The notes below the pieces were generated by a model. It saw only the letters and a program-made list of their open reading frames with translations. It did no database searches and was not told where the DNA came from. A stretch of 63,245 nucleotides of DNA, filler included, from Reticulomyxa filosa (lineage: Eukaryota > Protista > Foraminifera): the NCBI GenBank assembly GCA_000512085.1. It is 16 parts of 16 records of this genome, joined end to end, with 100 filler letters (N's around TTAATTAATTAA, not from the genome) between each part and the next. Parts side by side here need not be neighbours in the genome. Positions count along the whole stretch, not along the records: positions 10,734 to 17,502 come from ASPP01038126.1; positions 17,603 to 19,448 come from ASPP01000696.1; positions 19,549 to 22,649 come from ASPP01039354.1; positions 22,750 to 25,746 come from ASPP01011396.1; 12 more parts are not named here. One strand, 5' to 3'. Below, piece after piece: positions 12,058 to 22,959 of this stretch. Position 1 is the stretch's first letter. The number at the start of each line of letters is the position of its first letter. Made by a program: the position numbers and the translations under genes.

Positions 12058-13090
12058 CTCGAGTAATTGTCCAATAAATTTCCATCCATACATACCTTGT
12101 GAATCGCTGGTGTTACCTTTTTTATTATTATTTAGGGTTTTTTCTTGTTGTTCAAGAGAAGCAAAAAAAAATATTCTACTTGGTTGTCTTTTGAATGAAA
12201 ATGTCATGGTCGAGGAAATCAAGAAAAGATTAATTCCTTGGTCTTGCCAATTAAAGACGAAATGTAGACAAAAATTTGAGAGGAGTTTTTTTAAAAAACT
12301 CATACAGAACTTTTTTCCAAAGACAAACACGACCAAATACAAATGTCATTCCAAAAACATTGACAGTGATAACTGAAACAAGAAATCAAAACAAATTATA
12401 TTTAAAGAGGACGTGTAGTTTTCAAAGAAGGGGGATATGACAATGCTTTTGAAAAAAAAGAGTATATTTGCACGGCAATAAATTATTCAAACGAAAATTA
12501 GTTTTTAAATAAAAGGTTAAAAGTTGAATTGATTCAACATAATACTTTGCTTTGAAAAAGCATTACAGAAGAGAATGAAAGCAAATGGCCGAAACACTTC
12601 TTGACTGATGCCGATATTGGAAAAAGAAAGCATTTGATTTAATTAGCATGAGATCCCAAAGTTTGAAATTTGTCGTTGTAACAAGAAGAAATATTTGAAC
12701 AGATAAATGCTTAACTTCCTCGACCAACAATGTTTTAAGCAAATATTATCCAAAAAAATTTTAAAAAGACGAAATAAAAAACTAAATTTTGTTGTTCAAA
12801 AGATAAAATTTTTACTCTCTTACTTGCACTCTTCTTTGTCAAAAAAAAATTGATTCTAGCAATCATTTTTGGTGGAATCGACATAAAAGAAAGCAGGGTG
12901 TATTATGTCATGAATGCATTTCTATAGAAGTATTTCAAACAATAGTAATTGTAAGAATAGAGAATTGATTAGCAATAATCAAGACAATGTTGTATCAATA
13001 ATAACATTGTGTGTACCCTACGTCATAGTGACTCCAATATTTCATTTTTCCTTTTTCTTAAAACTTACAAATACTCAAACCTTATTCCAT

Positions 13091-13330
13091 TGTAAGGCAA
13101 GTCTCTATTATAAGTATCTGAACGTCAAGGGAACGGAGGAATCTCCAGTAGATTAAACTTTCTCAACAAACCTACTTCTTACTTTCTTACTTTTCTTTAC
13201 TTTCCTTTTGTTATTTTGATTTATTATTTAAACCGCTTTCGTTTTACGAATACTCCTATTCTCTTCTAAGTAAACATCTCTCGTATTACAGTTAGTGCAC
13301 CAATACTATCAGCAGACGTCCCACACCATC
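13091..13330 (+). mobile_element. LTR-like interspersed repeat, copy 1 (13091-13290, TGTAA...TTACA) plus ~40 bp of shared downstream sequence
   Basis: Colinear similarity with 35791-36020 on another contig, with TG...CA ends and a short terminal inverted repeat. Confidence 0.6.
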
Positions 13331-14343
13331 TTTGTTTCTTTGTGATTATTTCTAATCGACAGATTTAAAGTAATGTTTTAAATTTTGCAACTTCGCTATA
13401 AAATTCCTTATATGTTATGAAGACATATTCCAATTGGCACAGTACTAGCTTTGATTCCACAAATTAGTTTGCAAAAAAGTGATAAAACGCATCTTTTCTC
13501 TTACGTTTTTTTCTTACGAAATACCTTCTGGTATCATAGAAGTGTATTTTTAAAAAAATTCACAAAGACTTTTTTAAAATAAAAAAATGAAAACTAGTGT
13601 CTTTTTTTTTTACTAAACAAAAAATACACGCATTTGAAGATTACACGCTAAAAAAAAGACTTGCCCCTTTTACTATCCTTTTTTGCATGAGCTTTTTATT
13701 TATTTATAAAAAAACTGATAACAATAAATAAAATGTATGATGTTTGCGCTGATTGTGATATCGTATCTCAAGTTTGGTGTAATATTTATCACAGCTGGAC
13801 TGTTATCTTTTTTTGTTAAACTGTTTTTGTCTAGCTTGGCAGTTTGTGTGCAAATGCTAGTTGAAAGTATTTAACGAGCATAAGTCCGAGCGTTACAATC
13901 GAGTTGACTATTATCGAACTTCTAGTGTAATATGACTATTTCATACTGTTTATGATTGCGTTTCCTTTTATGCTGTTCTTTGGCTTTGTCAGCGATATTT
14001 GTCGAGTATAGTATATATTGCTACAGTCAAAAGAATAAAAAAATTTGTTTATTACAAATTAAATAATATAGCTTAACCTTATATCGACATTAGCGTCCAT
14101 ATCAGTGATATGTCGTGTTGTGAAAACAAAAAATCTTTTTTTTTTTTGATAGTGTAAACTCAACTCATACGGAATATCACAAAGAGATAAATGCAATTAA
14201 AACGATTTAGATAAAGATTAATAAGAACAATAAAATGAAGTGACAGCATTTTTTGTGCAATAATACAAATATTTCAGTCTAAAACGCTACGACAGTAAAT
14301 TTGTAGATATAATTTGCAAAAAAAAAAAAATTTGCATAGTCAG

Positions 14344-15577
14344 TTATTCCACAGGTTTGATGTTAACGTGTTCAGTGGTAATATGATCTTGTATTTTGTC
14401 AAGTTTTTGTTTTTTATCAAGAAACAGTGACGTCAACAACTCTATCAATTCTTCATCGCCTGGAGGATGTAATGGATCATAATGAGTATAAAGTTTTTCT
14501 TGATCTTCAGGTCCTAACTGATTGACCATTTCTTCCAGTTTGGGACGCAATAAAGTGTGTCTCCTTTCCATTTCTTCGATGCTTATAATATTGTCTGCTG
14601 TTTCCCGATTCCAACTTACATTTTCAAAGGGCAGAACCCCATTTAAATGATCGCACTCATGTTGGAACGCTTTATTTTAAAATACGTGCACATTTGTTTT
14701 TTTTTTTTTGTATACAAATTTGAGAAAATGAAGCGATGTAACTTCGAGAGTCATGACTTTTCAAATAGCAGATACGTTGTTGTCCATGTCGATCAAAAAA
14801 TGTTGCACGAATGCGATTGTATCGTGTTTTCTTAATAGCTATTCTATCATCGATCACACAAAAATTAAATATAGTGGAATTGTTTGTTTTTTTTTTTTTG
14901 TTTGAAGATAGATAAGATAAATAAGATAAATAGATATAGAGATATAAGGTATATAAAAGAAGACACATTGAAAAAAAAAATGCCCTGGATGGCTGGAACA
15001 CATTTCAAAATTCGTGGAGGTGCGTACCCCATTGCAACCGAATAATAACGTACTATGCAGATGCGATAGTGATCCCCATTTACCTTGACGATGTTCATGT
15101 TCGAAGAGATGCTGATCCAGTTCCAATGGCTCCCATTCGGGATTTACAATAAGCAATTGCGTTTTCTTTTTCACTTGCTGTGAATATTTCATTATGTCGG
15201 ATTCCGACACTGCTGCACTCTCACCTAATCTGTCCATTTCTTCTACCTCTTGTTGATATGGAATATGTGTACGTAGTTTTGTTTCTAATTGTTCCAAATA
15301 TATTTGCATTGCCTTTTTTTTTGTTTTGTTTTGTTTGTTTTTTTTTTTTTTTTTGTATATTATACAAAATATATATGTATATATGTATATAAATACTCAC
15401 TTCGAATTGCTCTTTTGAATCTTTGTCATCTTTTGGATCTCGTATAAATATGTCTTCGAACTCGTTTTTGTTTTCTTCGAAATCTTCATGGAATATTGTA
15501 TCCATGGCAAAAAAACGGTAGGGTAGACCTACTTGGGTTGCTGATAGACTTGTTGCTTGTGTTTCTTCCTGTTTCAT
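14344..15577 (-). CDS. Hypothetical intron-containing protein
   Basis: Coding-like exons (15577-15401, ~15312-14975, ~14840-14715, ~14670-14344) separated by microsatellite or poly-A introns. No family recognised and exon frames are uncertain. Confidence 0.45.
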
Positions 15578-16609
15578 TTTTTTTTTGACCAGAAATTTTT
15601 GGAAAATTCTGGCCCACAATCTTATTTTGATATTTTCTTTGCTCCTGCTTTTAATTGCTTCAAAAAACCAAAAAAAAAAGGATAGTTTGCTATTACCATG
15701 AATCGCAGAAAATCGTCAAACATCGCTTGCACTCTCGGGTTTCGCAACTGTGTGAGTTTCATGGGAGTAGCGGCTCTTTTCAAACCTGTTGTCAAAAAAT
15801 CCACAAATTTTAGAGCTTTGCCAAATACCACATATGCGATTCGTCTCACCAGGATGCCCAAGAAAACGCAATGAGAGCTTAGGAATATGAAATGACATTG
15901 GAATATATATTTATGGGATTTTCAAAATTTTTTAAAAAAGTTTTGACAAGCGGACTCCTTCTACTTAATTACATACTAAAAACTGATGTGTTATAATAAT
16001 TTATCATACGTTCAATTAGGTCAAGTGTAATCTACATTTAGAAGCTAAAAGATTAACTTCTTCAAAATGAAATGGGCTTTTAAAGATTTTTTGTGCAATA
16101 AGAAATTTAAAATGTAAGATCTTGGCATTGGCTACTGTAAGGAAGTGTAATACGAAAAGTTATCTTTCAGACACGTTTAAAAAAAATGGAAATCAATTAA
16201 ATAAAAAAGAAAGCAAATATAACAAACGAATGAAAGAAGCGTAATAAACAAAGCAAGGAAATAAATAAGTTGTATTTGCTTCGAGTGTTGTTCTCGTCTA
16301 TCCTTGACAATTTTGCAGTGAAAGAAAAGGGTGTGTAAATGTCTGTAATAAAGACTAAGATAGAGCTGTTGCGAAAAGATGTGTTGAACAAAGGAGAATT
16401 TTGGCTTAAAATAAAAAATTAATAAGAAGAAAAGGAAAAAAAAGACACGCACATACGCAAAAAAAAAAAAAAAAATTTTTTATTACTGTCATCACGATTC
16501 AACATATCAAGCCTTGGAACAATGACAAGAAAACGATGTAAACGAAAGTGAAAAGCCGAAGGACACGAAAGAAAAGAAGGGGGGGAAGAGCAAAAAAGTG
16601 ATGGCAAAA

Positions 16610-17465
16610 TCAGGTTTGAGTAGTAGAATTGGTATCTATTTGGGATTCGACGTGTTTGGTTTGAGATTGTGAAGGTTGTTGTTGTTGTTGTGTTTGCCTT
16701 GCTTTTTTAAAGAGTTGTTTTTGTCTTTGCCGCTGTTTATACCCAACAGATGTTTCGTAAAGTTCAGTCAAAGCGCGGGCATCGTGTATAAAGGCATTGA
16801 TATAAACACCTTGTGACTGTGCAGAGCGCACAAAGCCCCCATTGGCGGTGACGGTGACAACTTTGTAGAATTCGCCAGTGCCAAAGACGACCTTGTTCAA
16901 CGGGTTGACGCACTTGCCTTTCAATTGGGCAATGTAAGAAGGGACTTTGTCAGGCACGACGAGCAGCTTTTGCGTCAACGCGAAAATGCGCCGAGTTTCC
17001 AAAGGCCCGGCCATGAGAGTGGAGATTTTGATAAACTGGTTCCAAGAGGACTCACAGCACAGCCACTGTCTAGAGCCGATGTACGTTTGGATCATGGGCA
17101 GCACAGGCTGTTGTTGCTCTTGCACGCTCATTTGATGAAGCACGACGTCGTGTTCAAACGGACGGATATATCCATTGCACAAATTCGACACAATCGCTAT
17201 CATCGTGCGCACGCCCAAGTTCACCGCGTTGTCGCACGTGAACTGCACGCTAGCGTCTTTTCTTCGCTTTCGGTTAGTCTCCGTGGGCTGAGTTTGCTGA
17301 TGTCGCTATTGTTGACCTGCTGAGGAATATTCAAAAGAGGCAAGAGTACCGTATTGGTATTGACATTGGTTTTGGGAGTCTGTAATGTTTCACCCGTCGT
17401 CGTCGTCGTGGTTGTGATTGTGGTTGCTTTATTGTTATTGTTATTATTATTAGTATTATTATTAG

Positions 17466-17497
<32 letters not shown>

Positions 17498-17502
17498 TTA
17501 TT
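16610..17502 (-). CDS. UPF0415/DUF1308 (C7orf25-like, PIN-like) protein, 5' partial
   Basis: VNLGVRTMIAIVSNLCNG, PVLP, AGPLE, VVPD, VFGTGE, TVTANGGFVRSAQSQGV and HDARALTE match the DUF1308 consensus. Confidence 0.85.
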
Positions 17503-17602
17503 NNNNNNNNNNNNNNNNNNNNNNNNNNNNNNNNNNNNNNNNNNNNTTAATTAATTAANNNNNNNNNNNNNNNNNNNNNNNNNNNNNNNNNNNNNNNNNN
17601 NN

Positions 17603-18480
17603 CAAATGATACGCATTATCGCAGAATTTTCAAAAATCATTTGAACGAATGGTGATTTCATCCAACAAAAAAAAAGGTATTAAAAAACCAATATCATATT
17701 TAAAAACTACAAGGTTTGTAGATATTTAAAAAAAAAATTAGGTCTAAATGTTGATTTTTCATGGAGAAAATTAATTATCATCATAAGATATCGTTTTATG
17801 CGTTCAGTTTTCTTTGCAACATAATGTACAACATATTTTCGATTTGGTTCAAGCTGGAGAATTTATAGTGAAATTCAATACTTTGATAGCATTTTGCTCA
17901 AACCATTCTTTTGCTTTAATTTCTGTGTGGCTGGTCGCATTATCTTGCTGAAATATACAATTTTCATTATCTTCTAAACACCAATTAATGCTTTTTGAGC
18001 ATTTGATCACTTAAAATTTCTTTGTAAATATATGCATTTACGCATCAATTAATGTTACATTCATAACCAAGTCATAACACTCCAAAGCAAGGACACATGA
18101 TTATGCTTCCAAAAACAATTTTTGATGTTTTTATGATTGAACGTCAGCTTCCATTTACGCACACATTCATAACTTACACTAAATTTTTTGTAACTTTGAG
18201 CAAACTCCGGCACTGACTCAACAGCAAGCTTTTTGTTAACATTATCAATCATTTAGCCATTTTCAACAAAAAAAATTTAAAAAACGCAAATATCGAACCA
18301 CATTGAGCTAAAAAAAAAAAGAAAAATAAAGTAAAATATTGAAATAATTATTAAATATGTATAAAAAACCAAAATGATGTTTAAAAAGTACACACAATTT
18401 GTAGATATTTTTAAAAAATAAGCCGGAATGTTGTTTTTTCATGAAAAAAATCAAGCACTAACGATGTAATGATAAATCTC
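17603..18480 (-). pseudogene. Heavily decayed WD40-like relic with an internal duplication (~17678-17775 vs ~18361-18450)
   Basis: Duplicated block aaaaaacca..tttgtagatattt..aatgttg..tttcatg.a.aaaa, and FSP-type remnants on the minus strand. Confidence 0.4.
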
Positions 18481-18718
18481 ATTGCAAATCACAAAATTCA
18501 AATGATAAAAAAAAGAATTTTAATAAAGTAACATTACAGATTTCTTGTTTTTTTGCAAACTAAGGAGGAAATTTCAATAAAGAAACGTGTTTTTCTCAAA
18601 TTCTAAAAGGGATATGTCTTATGTAACTCTTAGTTCAGTTTTTCCTTATAAACAAAAGTTCAAGCATTTTTTTCACTTGCATCGAACATCTCAGAGAAAA
18701 TTAAAAGAGGTTACAAAA

Positions 18719-19448
18719 ATGAACTTAAACTTATCAACGAAAGTTGAGTCCAACTTATCTTTAAGTTTTTATTATTTATTTTGTTTATCGTTGTTATGTG
18801 TAATTGAAACAGTCAAAAGAAGAAGAAAAAGAGATTCAAATAATTATTCATCATTGGATACGAACATTAAACATTAAATTAGGATGGATCAAAGATTTTG
18901 ACAAACTTGTTGTCAATTATGTTAGATCATTTGTTCTTTTTTTTAAAATACTGATCAAAATATTCAAATATTTATTTAATATAGGCATATACTGTCTTCA
19001 TGTTTGACACATTTCGTTCATCATCCAAACTAATCAATACATTCACTGGACATACGAATACTGTGTGGAGTATTAATTATTCAACATTTGATAATTGCCA
19101 ACTCATTTGTTCTGGATCAGAGGATAAAACAGTTCGTGTATGGGATATTGATAATAACAAACAAATTCAATCATTCAATCAACATTCAGGTTCTGTGTTT
19201 TGTGTAAAATTTTCATCATATTATTATCATAATCATCGCCAAAGTGTCATTTGTTCTTCATCAGATGATAAAACCATTCGGTTTTGGGATTTCAAACATA
19301 ATAAGCAATTACAAATATTCAATGAACACAAAAAAGGTGTTTGTGGAATTGAATTTTCACCATTTAATGGTGGTAGATATTTGTGTTCTGGATCACTTGA
19401 CACAACAATTCGTTTATGGGACGTTGAAACATCAAAATCATTACATGT
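18719..19448 (+). CDS. WD40-repeat protein, 5' part (introns ~18743-18813 and 18921-18984)
   Basis: Spliced product MNLNLSTK/SKEEEKEIQIIIHHWIRTLNIKLGWIKDFDKLVVNY/AYTVFMFDTF..FTGH..ICSGSEDKTVRVWD. Confidence 0.88.
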
Positions 19449-19548
19449 NNNNNNNNNNNNNNNNNNNNNNNNNNNNNNNNNNNNNNNNNNNNTTAATTAA
19501 TTAANNNNNNNNNNNNNNNNNNNNNNNNNNNNNNNNNNNNNNNNNNNN

Positions 19549-19960
19549 TTAAATCTTTATTTTTCATGGAGAAAATCGATTCTCTTCATATAGTGCCTTT
19601 AGGTATGGCAGTTTTTTTTGCAATCTACTGTATTCCATAATTTTATTATTCCATCAGTTGAACCTGATACAATATATTTGCTATCCAGATAAAAGTTGGC
19701 ATCCGATATTTAATCTTCATTTCCTTCGAAATTCTTCACACTTTTTCCTGGTCCTGTATCCCAAATCACAACTGTATTATTAAGTCTGTATAAAATGACA
19801 GTTTTTTCAATGACGAAAATTTTGTAAAATGTTTATTCTATTATATTCTTGAAAGTTCGAATTTCTCTCCCTGTTCGCATCTTCCATATCCTAATTATGC
19901 TAAAGTCTGTTAATATAACAGTCATATCACTATCCATTGAAAATCCAATAGAATTGACAC
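19549..19960 (-). pseudogene. Decayed WD40 relic
   Basis: Remnants IIRIWKMRTGREIRTF, NNTVVIWDTG and KYIVSGST, with stops. Confidence 0.55.
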
Positions 19961-20191
19961 ATATTTTATTATTTTGGAATGTAGATACTAATGAATGAGG
20001 TATAGAGAAGAAAAAGCAAGCAAACAAGGGAAGTGGTGAAACAAATATTGAAATGAATATTCATCAGTTAAGTGTATGCATACAAAATTTGATCATTTGT
20101 ATTGTCATTCGGGTTTTTAAAAACCCGGAATGCAATCCCTTGCGGTTCCAACTATAGTAATAAGTACTACCTCTACTTTTCGAAGTCTCCA

Positions 20192-20640
20192 ATGTCTCAT
20201 ACGTTCGATTATTGTAGCAAAAGTGAAAATATCATGATATGTTCACAATGTAAACAAGCTTTTTATTGCTCTCGAGGATGTCAAGTTCTAATTTACACAT
20301 AACCATACATGTTATATATTGAATATCTACAAATGGAAAAACAGTTGTATGATTGGAGAGATCATCCCTTCAAAATGGAATTAATAAATCCAATTCAAGC
20401 AAAGAAAGAGAAAGAAGTTAAACCGAAAACAAATGAAGCGCAAGAAGGAGGTAACAATTATGGAAATAATGGAGATGAAGATAACAATTAGGGTAAAAAG
20501 GAAAGATTAGTGGAAGTGAAGATGAAGAAGTGACAAAATAGAAAATGATGAAGACAAAGAAGAAGATGAATAAGAGAGGAAGGAGACTGAAAAGGAGATG
20601 GAGAAGATGAAGATGGTGAAAGAATTGAAACCTATTAAAT
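20192..20640 (+). pseudogene. MYND zinc-finger gene relic with an acidic tail
   Basis: FDYC..ICSQCKQAFYCSRGCQ/intron 20285-20344/LYDWRDH. The first and last Cys are lost and in-frame stops follow. Confidence 0.65.
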
Positions 20641-21009
20641 TCAATATACATTTAAATAAAACGACTTCACTGCTTCAACTACAGCAACTTTTTGATATCA
20701 AAATGAAATTATTGACTTTAATAGTCAAAATATATTTATAAATAAAATCACTTAAAATTCAAAATTTTTTGTTTCAATGAAACAGTCGTGAATCCAAAGA
20801 AATAACTAAAACTCTTTGTATGACGTAATCTGTGTCAATTAATGAGTTGGCTAAAAAGAAATTGCAAGTTTTTTTTGGTGTGATAAAAAAACAAGGGCCT
20901 GTTAAAGTGCAAAAAAATTTGAACTTCGAATTTGCTGATATAAATGCATATAAAGGAGACCTTGCAACAATGCATTCAGGAGACCCAATGGAATCAAGCA
21001 GATCGAAAG

Positions 21010-21280
21010 ATAATTCAAAAGGTAATTCAAAACGTAGTTCAAAAGGCAGCTCAAGAGGCAATTCAAGAGGCAGCTCAAAAGGCACTTCGAAAGGAAATTC
21101 AAGAGGCAGTCCAAAAGGCAGTTCAGGAATTTCAAAAGGCAAATCAAGAGGCAATTCAAGAGGCAGCTCAAAAGGAACTTCGAAAGGCACTTCTAAAGGC
21201 AATTCTAAAGGCACTTCAAAAGGAACTTCGAAAGGAACTTCAAGAGGCAGCTCAAAAGGCAGTTCAGGAATTTCAAAAGA
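21010..21280 (+). repeat. 12-bp minisatellite (TTCAA(A/G)AGGCA-like) with higher-order duplication
   Basis: About 20 degenerate units. Blocks ~21052-21094/21145-21187 and ~21100-21138/21241-21279 are duplicated. Confidence 0.85.
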
Positions 21281-21644
21281 CGAGAGGAATTTTTTGCTAC
21301 CCTATCTGCAAGCTGAACTAAGTCACTAAACATCTTTTGTGTTATAATTTAGTTTGCTTATTTGACATGACACGAAAGCAAATACACAACAACAAATAGA
21401 TACAAAAATAGAGACGATTAGCATTGCTATACAATCAAATGAAATAGAATATAAATCAGGGGGAATAATAATTGGTTCACTAAATTCGGATGAAAATCAA
21501 AAGAGTAATGATAATATTAAAGAAAACATCATTCAAATTTATGAAGCAGCTATAAATACAATAGTTACAGAATATTTTTCGGATAATGAAATAAACATTA
21601 AACAAGTAACAGCTATTATAGACTATAAACCAGTAATTTTAGAA

Positions 21645-22110
21645 GTGATAAATATTGATAAATTATACACTGCAGACGTTGATAAAGCAATTGCAGAAAT
21701 TAAGATTGCTGAATTATACATTGCAGCAATTTATTATGATAAATTAGTTGCAGAAATTAATATTAATGAATTATACACTGCAGACGTTGATAAAGCAATT
21801 GCAGAAATGAATATTGATAAAGCAATTGCAAAAATTATATTGATGGATTATACACTGCAGACATTGATAAAGCAATTGCAGAATATAATATTGATAAAGC
21901 AATTGCAGAAATGAATATTGATAAAGCAATTGCAGAAATTAATATTGATGAATTATACATTGCAGACATTGATAAAGCAATTGCAGAATATAATATTGAT
22001 AAATTATACATTGCAGACATTAATAAAGCAATTGCAAGATATAATATTAATAAGTATACATTGCAGCAATTAATTTTGATAAAGCAATTGCAGAAATTAA
22101 TATTACAAAT
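21645..22110 (+). repeat. Modular coding minisatellite of 27-nt (IDKAIAEIN) and 24-nt (IDELYIAD) units
   Basis: The core TTGATAAAGCAATTGCAGAA recurs about nine times, interleaved with ATTATACA(C/T)TGCAGAC. The frame is open from 21366 with a 1-nt slip near 21836. Confidence 0.85.
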
Positions 22111-22959
22111 AAAATAATGTAAACATGTTGGCAAATGGTACGTCGACAAGCATTGTGAGCAATTTAAAAAATATCCAATGTCAATGAGTTGCTTACCAAT
22201 TTTAATTATAGCCAACTAGGAAAATTGAAAATTATTGGACAATTGGATAACAAAAGTGTTACAATAAAGTATTTTGTTTTTGTTTTTTTTAGTCATTTTG
22301 ATCATTTTCTATTGATCTTATTTTTGATATGACTTTTTAGTAATTTCCTTGCAAGCATATTCATAAAGTTCATTTTTACAAAAATGCAAATCCAATCAAT
22401 CGTTTTCCTTTGTTATGTCATTGAATTCAAACATTCTTTTATTCTCTCTTGTAACTAATAGTAACGTCAAAGTATTAAATTTACAAACATGAAAGATCCT
22501 GCTCAATGTAATACCTGTAATTGTTCTCTTACAGAATTTATTCCCACTAAATAACCTCACAAATCTATTCAGAGTTTTTTTAAAAGTTGAAATTTTCTTT
22601 TTGATAACATAGCTTTGAAATTAATTGATGTCAAAAGTAAAAAAAAAAANNNNNNNNNNNNNNNNNNNNNNNNNNNNNNNNNNNNNNNNNNNNTTAATTA
22701 ATTAANNNNNNNNNNNNNNNNNNNNNNNNNNNNNNNNNNNNNNNNNNNNTTTTTTTTTTTTTTTTGAGCAGCACGTGAAATTTACTAAGGGACAAACAAA
22801 AACAAATGTATTTGATGAATTAACTTGTTATAAAAAAAATATTTAGTCAAAAAATGATATTAAAAAAAAATTTTAACTGAAACAACATAAAATATGTTAT
22901 TACTTACAAACAAAAGATTTCAATTAAAAAAAGTAGAAATAACCGCTTCTTTTCCTCTA

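Noticed and set aside
16136-16165. TGTAAGGAAG-TGTAATACGAAAAG resembling both ends of the LTR-like repeat
   Set aside because: Too short and without flanking homology, so it may be chance in AT-rich DNA.
21645-22110. CRISPR-like array with a palindromic repeat core
   Set aside because: The apparent spacers are homologous to each other, vary in whole modules and mostly preserve a reading frame. No cas genes are present and the host is eukaryotic.
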